Source: Phoronis australis
Lineage: Eukaryota; Animalia; Phoronida
Direction of reading: 5' to 3'
DNA length: 64,000 nucleotides
Assembly (NCBI GenBank): GCA_002633005.1
Contig: NMRA01000013.1
Location: 1,004,599-1,068,598, forward strand
The notes beneath the pieces were generated by a model. It searched no databases and had not been told where the DNA came from. It saw only the letters and a list, made by a program, of their open reading frames with translations. Shown piece by piece: positions 34,101-47,893 of this stretch (positions within the stretch are counted from its first letter, which is position 1; each line of letters begins with the position of its first letter). A program made the translations under genes and the position numbers.

Positions 34101-35380
34101 TTAGTAAAAGACATGATCGCACGACCCAATTAATGCCCCATTGTACTAAAAGTAAACATCAAAGGCTTTTTACTTTAAGAAAATATATATTTTTACACAA
34201 TAAATTTCTACAATTTTGTAGATATTTGGCTACGTGTGTAGATGAAATAAATGGTCGACGATAACGTCTTGCATTTCATTGTGATTTTTTCAGTATTTAT
34301 ACCAAGGAGAGATTGGTAAGGAAAAGAGAAAAATGACTGAGGCAATTATTTTCGTGTGCGAAATAAGTAAGCATTACCGCAAATACAAAGCTTACCAGTG
34401 AATAATAACAAATACTTATAACTACAAACAGTTTGAGTTTCTCTTATTCAGCGCCCGCCTGTCTTCGTCAGAAAAACACGATTAAAGCCACGAGTTTTGT
34501 AAAAGATACAGGTACTCATGGAAATTCTTTCAAAAAGATCCTGCGAATAGACAACATGGCTCTCATGACATTCGCTCAAGTGTTTAGTGCAATGGGCCCG
34601 TCTATGTGGATTGCGTACATCTGATACATCGCAAAAGAAATCAAACCACGTGCACTCTTTTTCAGATTTGATTTCCATTAAAATTGGCCCAGCAAAGGGC
34701 TGGGCTCTGGGGTAGTTCTCAGTCAGGGACTCTATTCAACAGCAAGCGACCCGTATACACCGGCAGTTTCCTTCGGGTCTTGAACACCGACAGCCCAACT
34801 GATTATGAAGAGAACGGTTCGTACAACTTAGGTTGAATGTGAACATTTGCGGTTTGCTTGCTGTCGTCATTGTATCGCTTGACGAAAGAGTGTCATTATG
34901 AGTCGAAAAACTATCGCTTCTGCTTATTTTATAGATAGGTCTTTGTTTGATCTCTTAAAATTGTGGGCTTATTGTCCTACACGAAATGCAGTAAATTTGT
35001 TTTAACCTCGACACCGAAACGATGTTCCATTTCTTTACACCTCACCTGGGAAACACCAAATAACTGCAGACAACAGCTGCATCTAAATAACCCTTGACCT
35101 CACCAGAACTACGGTACTAACTTGTAAAGGTAAACAGTTTAGCTTTTTTCCCACGTTCGTCTCGCATCAATCACAGGAGAAGCGTGTAAAGAGCTGTTTC
35201 ACATTTGGCTGGAATTCAGGGCGACATTGTGTAATATCATTCGATATTCTATCATCCTGTACAGCCCGAGCTTGATAACACGTTACCCTAGCCATTACAC
35301 GAAAGTCAAACACTGGCGCTTCTTTCTATACGAACGTCTCTAAGAGTCGAAACTCAAAAAAGTAGAGGCTGCTGCAAAAT

Positions 35381-35848
35381 GGTTCTTTTGAGAGACCAGT
35401 GCCCGGTTGCATGAAACAGTTCCAAATAGGGACTCAGTTAAGGTCCCTAAATCTACTGCTTATTTGCGGGCTTGTGAAAACACCGATTGTCTTGTCTTGT
35501 GCTGTTTGAGTATCATTACTATGCCAATGTATGGCTTTGATACAAATCGAGAGTGAAATCTGAATTGAAATCTCAATATTATTGAAAATAAGTAGGGATC
35601 TTTTCATGCAATGCCCCCAATTTAAGGACTAAGTCCCTAACTGTTTTGATTGAATAAGTGCTCAGTTTTTAGTTATATTATTAGAAAATGTCATTAGTCA
35701 AAGAAGAGCTCACAATAAAGATAAAATTACAGAAAAATATCACATCTGTGCCTAAAAAACGAAACAAATACAAAAAAATTAGGGATCTTAGTTGAGCCCC
35801 TATTTGGGAATGTTTCATGCAACCGGGCACTGGTCTCTCAAAAGAACC
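35381..35848. mobile_element. Harbinger-like MITE / foldback with about 70-bp inverted arms
   Basis: Perfect 38-bp inverted repeat ggttcttttgagagaccagtgcccggttgcatgaaaca, continuing imperfectly to ...ccctaa. Confidence 0.85.
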
Positions 35849-36965
35849 CTAAACGCACGTCATACCTTCTCACGAACAACAACATTCACCTCTTACGTAC
35901 AAAACAAAACGTGTGGCATTAATGGTGCAGACAATACTTCCGGCATCTTTGTACATCTAATGCTGACGTCTCGATTCAAAAGACCAAATTGTGTCCGTAT
36001 GTGAGAAAACTAAGATATAAATTCTAAATCAAAGGATGGTTGTTACACAGCATTTTAAATTGATTTCTGAAGCGCCATACCTGCAGCTACGGGGTTTCAC
36101 TGCGGGGGTAACCTATGAACCATGTGGCTGATGGAGATTTGGCAATTTAGGTAAAACTCTGGACACGCTCCAGGCATACCCCGAGCAAAAAAATTGCCTC
36201 TGTTTACATAACAAAACGCAGAAAACTGGAAGCAGATTGTATGATCAAGGCGGCATAAAAATCTCAGATGTCACGATCAGCTATTCACGCTTTGCACTGT
36301 ACATTTCCACGAATCTCGGCCAGGTATATACAGTATTTTATAAACTCTTTGGTGTTTTCCTCACAACCAACTTGGTTCAAATGAAAAAAGGAAGGTGCTG
36401 AATTGATACGGGTTATACAGCAATGCAGCTCTAAAAGCCAAGAACGACTTTTCAACCTCCAGTTTAGCCCACCTATGAGTTGATGCATGAGTCAATACTT
36501 ATGGCATATTTAACCTTTAAATCGACAAATCTCCGAATTTCTGGTAAGAAACCATAGATTTTGTGCTCGTCCACGAGCAAGTCTGTAAACGAAGAACAAA
36601 CCTGTCAAAACTGATTAGAACCTTTTTCACTAGGAACGAGGTTTTCCATTTCGGTGCTTGATATCTGTTCACTGTTGACTAACCATGATTTACCAGTTGT
36701 ACACATACATCGGGATGAACATGATAGATGCATACCTTTATAAATCGAGGCTGTTAATCCTAAATACTCCAAGTTTAGTCCAATTCACATCTCAATTAAC
36801 CCTTTAGTAATCCACTCTACAACTGTACGTGCTGCCAGGTTAAAAAGAAAAGTCGATGTACCGTAAAATGGGTGTTTTACCATCAGCTAAGAAAGATACA
36901 CACACGAGTAGCTGAGCTTTGCCAACGTAAATTATATATGACGAAAACAGTCAATAGTCCTCCGC

Positions 36966-39900
36966 TTCGATCCGCTGGCTGAAACGCTTACACGCAGACA
37001 TTTCATTAATTTGCATAGAGATACCCGGATATCACTGCTCTACGCGCGCCCAGAACGATCAATACTCCACGAGCGATTATGTGAAGCTTCACGGGTTTGT
37101 GCAATACGTACTTGTCTGCAACAGCGTAGATTTTAAACGCAAGTTCTAGTGTTGCCGTTAAATTAAGAATTCATTTACACCACGAAGTAATTAAGCATAT
37201 TGCTGCAGAGGCTTGTTAGACGTGACGTCAAATATTGAACATAGTAAAACTCAATTATGTATAGAGTACTGGAAGAAATACGATTTTTATTTTACGACAT
37301 TGTTCAGAGTTATCGAAACATTTTTTTTTGAAATTCGCTGCTTCACAGGATCAGAGTGTTTGCAAGGACACCACCAGAACGATAGCTTTGCTTGTTGGTT
37401 TGTTTTCAACTTCTAAGCCCAGTCATTGTGAGTAAAATTCAAGCCAATATCTCACAATGTTACAGTCACCCTTTCTTATTCACACCGAATTCCTAATTTC
37501 CGTTATTCATATATCTTTCCCACCAAAACAACGGACTATTTTTCACCAACAAATTTTCTCTTGGTGCTCCGGTGACACAAAACAGCTTCTGATTTCCACG
37601 CCGTATGTCGACGATCCGGCGCACCAGCGGATTTCGTGTTTTGCAAAATCCGTTTTCACGGAAGGTGGATGTCAGTGATCGCCGATGCAGCTTTTCTGGC
37701 TCAATCATAGGCGATGACATAAAAAACAGCTAAACGATCTGACTTTTTAGCACCGTGACCGAGAGTAAAAACCGACGCATGTTCACCCCGGGCCGTGTAG
37801 CCTAGTTTTGAGGGAGTTGCCAAATCTACAATTCAGGAAGTGTCGTCACGTTGGCCATCGTCTGCTCAAACTGGACGGTGGGCGTGTTGCTTTGGATGGC
37901 CGACATTTCAAAATTCAGTGTGAATATGACGACTAATCTGTAAACAGATCACGCAAGATATCATCATGTAGTGTTAGGGGAGCACGTGACTGCACTAAGG
38001 TGAACCCACTTACCAATGACTTAAGTTTCTGAACTCACCCCTAGGAAGTCTTATGCGCAAGCACTCTACTTTGCATGGTACGTGTTAGGCTTTTCCTACA
38101 AACTTATGACTCTGACTGTAAATGGACTTTTTTTTGTTATGGGAGCATGCGACACAGATGTGCCTGAAGTTCAAATGCATCCGAAACTGCGATTTCGTAA
38201 CGCGTTACCCATACGCTGATTCAGAGGCCCCCTACGGAAGCCAACAAGTAGGGACTGCGTGAGCATTTTCCCTCCCGAATTTGTACTTGAACCCACTGTC
38301 GACACCCTAAATCCGCCAGCGGTTAATTCGTTTTGACAGAAACCATTCATATGTACTGTTTACAGAGAGTAATCTGCAAGCACGCCAAACTTTCCTTTCC
38401 AGTCAATGCTATTGAATGTTTTTTAATACATTCTCGCATGCTTGGTTGTTTAGCCACACGTCTTGACAACTACCGTTGCGAAACGAGGCGGAAACGTGGG
38501 AGGAAGTTGCTACTATTTTGCCTGTTTATGATTTACTCGTTTTGCAGTTTGCCCAGAACAAGTGGCAGACGATACAAGTGAAGCGGTGTCGTACGCGTAG
38601 TTTGGTGTATAGTTTGCACATATGTTGTAGAACAAAGTGGGAAGTTAAGAATTAACTAAATAATTATAAATACTGCGATTTCTGACGTCACTCAGGGAAA
38701 AGTATCCATAGCTTCACAGTGTAACAGAAACATGACGTCAATCAAAAACATAATATCAATAACTTCTTCCCGTCGGTTTGGTTTCTATGAAATCCTATCA
38801 CTAACCAGCATTCAAGTGCTGGCCATTCAGAACGTCTGACTCGGCTGCTTATTAAAAAGTCACACGTAAAACGCTCGTTAGACGACTGATCTGCCTTCTT
38901 ATTGTTCGACCCCAAATCAGGCGTCAGATATGCCTTCATACAGTGCGAAGTCTACTTACCAATGACGTGATTTGCGGTAAAACCTTGTTCCCCACGGTGA
39001 TTGCACGTGAATGACCCAAATATTATCAATTTGTAAAATAGAGGAGCACAAAACACACCACATTATCAAATCAAAAGCACTTTTTAAATAATTCCAGACA
39101 AAGGTGCCTCTTGTAACGCCTACGAGAGAGTTACTCACTTCGATCTGTGAAGGAATTTTCCGAAAAAATTCACCGAGTTTACCAGTTTTGAAAACGCATG
39201 AAATATTAAGTCTTTATTCCGAACCCGGTTTCAAACTTCCCTCCAACAGATGATATGTGCGCGCATGCGCTCATTCTTATGTTGTGTCTCCTGTCAAAAT
39301 CGCCATATTCTCATTCACCTTTTGGTCATAAAGAGAACGTGTATTACATGTTAGGATAAAACCGTCGAAGTGACGAGCGTATGATCAAGCGTAAATTTGA
39401 CACTTTAAATTGCAAGAAGATCCCAATGTTTTACGAAAAAAGCCTCAAAATAGCGGTTTAACATACCGGCATCAAATCCTGTGTCAAAGGAACACTTTGA
39501 AGGATAAAACTTTGAGCGGTTGACAGACCCAACCCACTTTGATGTTCTGCTACTTACATTTATTCGTAAGACAGCAGAGAGGACGCCTTCGTGTACATGC
39601 TCCTTTTCGCCCCTCGTCTGCGATCGGACCAGACCAGACGGCCTATCTGCCGTCTTAGTGATTTTTTTTGCTATAACAAGTTGTCCGAGCATAATTACAG
39701 AACATTTGCTGGCTTAATTTTACGGCATGAACAAGAAGCTGAGTCAGAGCTATCGATCGAGGCATCTCTCAAACGAGACGAAATCGTGTCTATGGCAGGT
39801 GAACAAACGCATTGCGACAACCGCAAACGAGGCGCAACCTCGTCAGAATTCTCGGCACGTGCTCTTGTGTCAGTTTGCTGCGTGTCGTTTTAAGGTTAAT

Positions 39901-42900
39901 AACGTCTGCTCTCTTTCCTGCTGTGTCGCGCATCTGCTGGTAAAAATGTGATTGACTATTGCTTGTTTACATTGTATGTTTGCTTCGCGTATCGCATCTT
40001 ACACTTTTGACTAGTGTGATTTCGATCCTAAAGAGTTCATTAAATGCTCCTCTGTCATGGTATTTTTCGACTTTGTTTACACTTTCTTGCTTGTTCGAGT
40101 AAATGTTATCGTTCATGAAAGCGCGTTTTAAGACTTTCCCACGTTGAATGAGACGAAGGAGCACGTTTTGATGTTGGAAAAAGACATTTCTAACTAAAAA
40201 AAACTACACGACCATTTCCAAGTACGTAAAAGAAGTTTGTTTTCAAAATTTAGAATTTGGAAGCTGTTGAAACGGTACTGTATTATGAAAGGATAAATGT
40301 ACTGAGAATAAAAATGAATACGAAGCATGGTAAATATCTTAAAATTGCAATGAAACAAAGATTTGTAATTTTTGCCATGTGTAGTCCGGGACAAAAGGTA
40401 AAAGGTGACGAATAGTCTAACCAAACAGTGTTTCCATCCCAGCACTGAATTCACGTAAGACCAATGCAGTACNTTCGATCCGCTGGCTGAAACGCTTACA
40501 CGCAGACATTTCATTAATTTGCATAGAGATACCCGGATATCACTGCTCTACGCGCGCCCAGAACGATCAATACTCCACGAGCGATTATGTGAAGCTTCAC
40601 GGGTTTGTGCAATACGTACTTGTCTGCAACAGCGTAGATTTTAAACGCAAGTTCTAGTGTTGCCGTTAAATTAAGAATTCATTTACACCACGAAGTAATT
40701 AAGCATATTGCTGCAGAGGCTTGTTAGACGTGACGTCAAATATTGAACATAGTAAAACTCAATTATGTATAGAGTACTGGAAGAAATACGATTTTTATTT
40801 TACGACATTGTTCAGAGTTATCGAAACATTTTTTTTGAACTTCGCTGCTTCACAGGATCAGAGCGTTTGCAAGGACACCACCAGAACGATAGCTTTGCTT
40901 GTTGGTTTGTTTTCAACTTCTAAGCCCAGCAAAATTCAAACCAATATCTCACAATGTTACAGTCACCCTTTCTTATTCACAACGAATTCCTAATTTCCGT
41001 TATTCGTATATCTTTCCCATCAAAACAACGGACTATTTTTCACCAACAAATCTGCTCTTGGTGCTCCGGTGACACAAATCAGCTTCCGATTTCCAAGCCG
41101 TATGTCAACGAACCGGCGGACCAGCGTTAGCGAGGCCCTTAAGTCATTATTCGACAAAACGTAGCCGGAGAAACGAGCGAACGATTTCGTGTTTTGAAAA
41201 ATCCGTTTTCACGGAAGGTGGATGTCAGTGATCGCCGATGCAGCTTTCCTGGTTCAATCATTGGCGATGACATAAAAAACAGCTAAACGATCTGACTTTT
41301 TAGCACCGTGACCGAGAGTAAAAACCGACGCATGTTCACCCCGGGCCGTATAGCCTAGTTTTGAGGGAGTTGCCCGACAATTCAGGAAGTGTCGTCACGT
41401 TGGCCATCGTCTGCTCCGTAAACTGGACGGGGGGCGTGCTGCTTTGGATGGCCGACATTTCAAAATTCAGTGTGAATATGACGCCTAATCTGTAAGCAGA
41501 TCACGCAAGATATCGCCATGTAGGCTAGTGTTAGAGGAGCACGTGACTGCACTAAGGTGAACCCACTTACCAATGACTTAAGTTTCTGAACTCACCCCTA
41601 GGAAGTCATATGCGCACGCATCCTACTTTGCATGGTACGTGTTAGGCTTTTCCTACAAACTTATGACTCTGGCAGTAAATGAACTTTTTTGTTATGGGAG
41701 CATGCGACACAGATGTGCCTGAAGTTCAAATGCATCCAAACTGCGATTTCGTAACGCGTTACCCATACGCTGATACGGAAGCCAACAAGTAGGGACTGCG
41801 TGAGCATTTTCCCATCCGAAATTGTACTTGAACCCACTGTCGACACCCTAAATCCGCCAGAGGTTACTTCGTTTTGACAGAAACCATTCATGTGACTGTT
41901 TACAGAGAGTAATCTTCAAGTACGCCAAACTTTTCCTTTCCAGTCAGTGCTATTGAATGTTTTTTAAAACATTCTCGTATGTTTGGTTGTTTGGCCACAC
42001 GTCTTGACAACTACCGCTGCGAAACGAGGCGGAAACGTGGGAGGAAGTTGCTACTATTTTGCCTGTTTTATGATTTACTCGTTTCACAGTTTGCCCAGAA
42101 CAAGTGGCAGACGATACAAGTGAAGCGGTGTCGTACGCGTAGTTCGGTGTATAGTTTGCACATATGTTCTAGAACAAAGTGGGAAGTTTAGAATTAACTA
42201 AATAATTACAAATACTGCGATTTCTGACGTCACTCAGGGAAAAGTATCCATAGCTTCACCAGTGTAGCAGAAACATGACGTCAATCAAAAACATAATATC
42301 AATAACTTCTTCCCGTCGGTTTGGTTTCTATGAAATTCTATCACTAACCAGCGTTCACGTGCTGGCCATTCAGAACGTCTGACTCGCCTGCTTATTAAAA
42401 AGTCACACGTAAACGCTCGTTAGACGACTGATCTGCCTTTTTATTGTTCGACCCCAAATCAGGCGTCAGATATGCCTTCATACAGTGCGAAGTCTACTTA
42501 CCAATGACGTGATTTACGGTAAAACCCTATTCCCCACGGTGATCGCACGTGAATGGCCCAAATATTATCAATTTGTAAAATAGAGGAGCACAAAACGCAC
42601 CACCTTATCAAATCAAAAGCACTTTTCAAATAATTCCAGACAATGGTGCCTCTTGTAACGTCTACGAGGGAGTTACTCACTTCAATCTGTGAATGAATTT
42701 TCCGAAAAAATCACCGAGTTTACCAGTTTTGAAAACGCATGAAATATTAAGTCTTCATTCCGAGCCCGGTTTCAAACTTCCCTCCAACAGATGATATGTA
42801 CGCCCATGCGCTCATTCTTATGTTGTGTCTCCTGTCAAAATCGCCATATTCTCATTCACCTTTTGGTCATAAAGAGAACGTGTATTACATGTTAGGATAA

Positions 42901-45003
42901 AACCGTCGAAGTGACGAGCGTATGATCAAGCGTAAATTTGACACTTTAAATTGCAAGAAGATCCCAATGTTTTACGAAAAAAGCCTCAAAATAGCGGTTT
43001 AACATACCGGCATCAAATCCTGTGTCAAAGGAACACTTTGAAGGATAAAACTTTGAGCGGTTGACAGACCCAACCCACTTTGATGTTCTGCTACTTACAT
43101 TTATTCGTAAGACAGCAGAGAGGACGCCTTCGTGTACATGCTCCTTTTCGCCCCTCGTCTGCGATCGGACCAGACCAGACGGCCTATCTGCCGTCTTAGT
43201 GATTTTTTTTGCTATAACAAGTTGTCCGAGCATAATTACAGAACATTTGCTGGCTTAATTTTACGGCATGAACAAGAAGCTGAGTCAGAGCTATCGATCG
43301 AGGCATCTCTCAAACGAGACGAAATCGTGTCTATGGCAGGTGAACAAACGCATTGCGACAACCGCAAACGAGGCGCAACCTCGTCAGAATTCTCGGCACG
43401 TGCTCTTGTGTCAGTTTGCTGCGTGTCGTTTTAAGGTTAATAACGTCTGCTCTCTTTCCTGCTGTGTCGCGCATCTGCTGGTAAAAATGTGATTGACTAT
43501 TGCTTGTTTACATTGTATGTTTGCTTCGCGTATCGCATCTTACACTTTTGACTAGTGTGATTTCGATCCTAAAGAGTTCATTAAATGCTCCTCTGTCATG
43601 GTATTTTTCGACTTTGTTTACACTTTCTTGCTTGTTCGAGTAAATGTTATCGTTCATGAAAGCGCGTTTTAAGACTTTCCCACGTTGAATGAGACGAAGG
43701 AGCACGTTTTNCAGTTTTTTCTGTACGACACGTTTGCCCCCCTCCCGACCTCCCCCCACTTCGGTGCTATGCGCATCTACAATCGTGGTTCAGTTTCCGA
43801 AAATGCTTACAGCCGGACAAAAAGTTGGGCCCCCCTTTGTGATATCGGCTAGATCCGCTTCTGGGATAAAACCGTCGAAGTGACGAGCGTATGATCAAGC
43901 GTAAATTTGAGACGAAAATATGACACTTTAAATTGCAAAAAGATCCCAAATTTTTACGAAAAAAAGACTCAAAATAGCGGTTTAACATACCGGCATCAAA
44001 TCCAGTGTCAAAGGAACACTTTGAAGGATAAACATTTGAGCGGTTGACACGACCCAACCCACTTTGATGTTCTGCTACTTACATTCATTCGTAAGACAGC
44101 AGAGAGCACGCCTTCGTGTACATGCTCCTTTTCGCCCCTCGTCTGCGATCAGACCAGACCAGATACCTATCTGCCGTCTTAGTGATTTTTTGTTATAACA
44201 AGTTGTCCGAGCATAATTACAGAACATTTGCTGGCTAATTTTACCGGCGTGAACAAGAAGCTGAGTCAGAGCTATCGATCGAGGCATCTCTCAAACGAGA
44301 CGAAATCGTGTCTATGGCAGGTGAACAAACGCATTGCGACAACCGCAAAAGAGGCGCAACCTCGTCAGAATTCTCGGCACGTGCTCTTGTGACAGTTTGC
44401 TGCGTGTCGTTTTAAGGTTAATAACGTCTGCTCTCTATCCTGCTGTGTCGCGCATCTGCTGGTAAAAATGTGATTGACTATTGCTTGTTTACATTGTATG
44501 TTTGCTTCGCGTATCGCATCTTACACTTTTGACTGGTGTGATTTCGATCCTAAAGAGTTCATTAAATGCTCCTCTGTCATTGTATTTTTCGACTTTGTTT
44601 ACACTTTCTTGCTTGTTCGAGTAAATGTTATCGTTCATGAAAGCGCGTCTTAAGACTTTCCCACGTTGAATGAGACGAAGGAGCACGTTTTTCTCCATTT
44701 TGATGTTGGAAAAAGACGTTTCTAACTAAAAAAATTACACGACCATTTCCAAGTACGTAAAAGAAGTTTGTTTTCAAAATTTAGAATTTGGAAGCTGTTG
44801 AAACGGTACTGTATTATGAAAGAATAAATATACTGAGAATAAAAATGAATACGAAGCATGGTAAATATCTTAAAATTGCAATGAAACAAAGATTTGTAAT
44901 TTTTGCCATGTGTAGTCCGGGACAAAAGGTAAAAGGTGACGAATAGTCTAACCAAACAGCGTTTCCATCCCAGCACTGAATTCACGTAAGACCAATGCAG
45001 TAC
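36966..45003 (+). repeat. Direct duplication/triplication abutting single-N joins (36966-40169 = 40474-43710; 39354-40472 = 43864-45003); probably uncollapsed haplotypes
   Basis: Copy boundaries coincide with the N at 40473 and 43711; copies differ by scattered SNPs and small indels. Confidence 0.9.
43712..43863. mobile_element. Right end of a hAT-like MITE present in only one copy of the duplicated region
   Basis: Ends in agatccgcttctg, whose reverse complement cagaagcggatc also begins the element at 58494; absent before ggataaaaccg at 39354 and 42895. Confidence 0.6.
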
Positions 45004-47525
45004 CTGACCCTTGGAGAAAAATGCCTACATGTCAAGTAATTCTGATCTTGCATTAGTTTTGATCATTAAGACGTCTCTACTTGTCTTAACGTTGCAAGTT
45101 GTAGTGCACTGATGATAAATTTTCGATCAAATGCGAGTGAGGTATATATAGATCCGTGAAACCCATAGATAATTAAGTACAGAACACGCTTTCTAGACAG
45201 CGATGTAAAGATAAACATGAAGAGATGTTCACCGGTGTATTAATTGGAATATAAGTGGCAAACAGTTCACGTACCACCTGAAAGTGCGTACCGGAATTAT
45301 CGGAATATATCAATGAAGCTTTTACCATGCCTCGAAATCTAAAGATATTTTGCGAGTCGCTTAGTTAATATGAATATTACGAAAGTCAGATGTTTTAATT
45401 TAAATTTGCAGGGGTCATGTAAAATCGGATCGTAAAATAACACATTGCCAAGTTAACACTTCTTGTTTTCTATGGTTACACTGTGGTCAGAATGATTGTC
45501 AGAGCTGTTTTGTTTTGACCGACGAGAAGTGGGCAGTTACCTTCCGTATTAGGACAAAAATGCGGACTTAACAAGACAAAACTGGTCAGCGCAGCTTCTA
45601 ACCGAAAAACGCTAACGTGGGCTGGATTGGTGGCGACCTGGCGGCGGGGGATGAAGTTGATGGCGACCGATTCTTCTTAATTGCTTCTCTGAACAGGCGT
45701 GTGCAGATACACCTATGAATGCGATAAACTATGACTTGGGATCAGCCTGAATACAACTACTCGTGCTTACGCGCTATACTAAAATTTCTGACCTCTCAAC
45801 AGAATGATTCTTTTATATTTCTCAAACAATTGCAGCGTAGATATCATCGTTATTCAAACTGCATGATTTGAAAATGTAATTTTTATAAAAACGAGCACGT
45901 AGAATTCGTAAAGGGGTAACGATTACGTGTCATGTTCAGCATAAAACAGGACAAAACATAAACGAATTAAAATCCGATTATCACGTACAGAAGCACTCGG
46001 GCTTTCCTGGAGCCAGGATTGAATTTACAGCTTCTCTACAATCTTTAAGAGCTGGCTTGTGTTTTGAGATACACGGTTTTATTTCATATTGGTTTTTGAA
46101 GACATGGGCCTTGGTTACTCTTCATGTTTTGGACTGTATTTTACACATTGGATTGGGATGGTCTGCGGGCTCATAGATGTGCCGCTTGTAGAATGTAGCA
46201 CTGGTTTACCTTTTTGTTGTACTGTTGCTACATCAGGTTTTAATTAATTTTAATTTTATGTAAAACATAACCTAAGAATTGTAATTTGTGATTTATCGAT
46301 CTAAATAACCATGGTTGCCAATGTTTTCAATTATTTTATTCCCCGACGATAAACACGTCTGTAATATTGTGTATCCAAATGAACCTTGTCTATTCAGTTC
46401 AAGCTGAGTTCTTAATCGTCTCAACAACAAGATTTTTCCGACTGCCGAAAACCGGCCGAACTCTTTCGTTTACCAGTGCTTATAATCGGTGCGGTAGACC
46501 TAAGATCGTTTGGAATAATGCGATGACGTGTGAAAACGATAAATGTAAACAACCTTGTGTGCTATCAGTTTCTTGCCTCTTTGGTGAACCAATGGGATAT
46601 CTTCGGCTCAAACAGCGATTTGGCTTTTCCGGAAGTCCATAAATTCATTTTGAATTGAATTCAAATTTGTGTCCAGTAGCATCTAAACATAGAAAGTACT
46701 AGTTGGAAAATTCTCTCTGTAAGTGGGCACATAGTTCTTCAAATTAGCAGAAAGCACATCTAATGTCAAATGTACGTCTTGTAGAAAAAACGGGCCGAGT
46801 TTTACGTGACTCTTCGGCATCCGTAAACAAATCTCGGAATGAACTTAAATTAAACATGACAGAAAAAAGCTCCGACATCCAACACACGCATAGCTTGCTG
46901 TTTTAGTTAATACGGCCGAGTCGCGATAGGGTCAAAGAGACTGCAAGGGACGAAAACTGTAGACCGATATCTCGATTTCATTCTCAGAAATGCAGAACAA
47001 CTTTGGAAAAAGTATTTGAGTGCCAGGCTGGAAGCATGATCGCACAAGACTTGAATTAAAATTACATTAGCGCAAAACGTTAACCGGTTCTTGGAACGCA
47101 AAACCTACGGAACGCTGGCCGTTTTGCAAGACTTTTGAAGCGTACATTGAAAGCGAGCTGGCTTCCTATCGACAACAAGTAACATGTGCTGTTACAATTT
47201 CGAATCTCCAACAAAACAATTATCGTAAATCTAGAGGATCAAATCAATCAGCCGTCTATTGCTACATATCAGAAGGAACGTTTTTTGACATGTGCTTTAC
47301 AGTCTTCGTCATGAAGATTGAATAATAAAATTTCGATTTTTATTCATGCACACAAATAAAACATGAAATCAATCCCATCCATCATAGGTCTATAAGTGTA
47401 GTTTAAGCTAAAACACGTTTAACGCCGTTTTAGCCGCTTCTAATGCGCATAATCAAGAAAAAGGGGTTGTTTTCATTCATCTTGAGAAAAACTGCCATAT
47501 TACGTTTTTAAAATACTGCCAATAT

Positions 47526-47746
47526 CATGCGCGCACCAATCCTAAAATATAGGGGTGGGGCTCGAATTTTTCAGTATGTGGACCTTTTACTGAAAAAAAC
47601 GGGGACTGAAAATGGGGTCCTACGTTCAGACCTATGAATTGTGCATTCGCGCCGAATTCCTGTGGACTTTTGCCTCGTTTTCGCGGACCTTTTTGCACAC
47701 TTCGCCAAATGAACGAGCCCCCCGAGCCCCCCTGGGTGCGCGCATG
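47526..47746. mobile_element. MITE with CATGCGCGCACC termini and 5-bp TSD
   Basis: TIR catgcgcgcacc / ggtgcgcgcatg; AATAT repeated at 47521-47525 and 47747-47751. Confidence 0.85.
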
Positions 47747-47795
47747 AATATAACGAAAACTACAAAGACAAGTACATGTACAATAAAAGTACAGA

Positions 47796-47893
47796 ATAAC
47801 ATAACGTAACCTAACATAACATAGCATAACATAACATAACATAACATAACATAATAAAACGTAACAACGTAACACAAGATAACATAATGTAAC
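47796..47893. repeat. (ATAAC)n microsatellite
   Basis: ataacataacataac... tract. Confidence 0.9.

Noticed and set aside
39405-44985. Repeated identical ORFs suggesting a tandem gene cluster
   Set aside because: They come from the N-bounded duplication; the third copy has frameshifts and an ATG-to-GTG change, so there is no sign of coding constraint.
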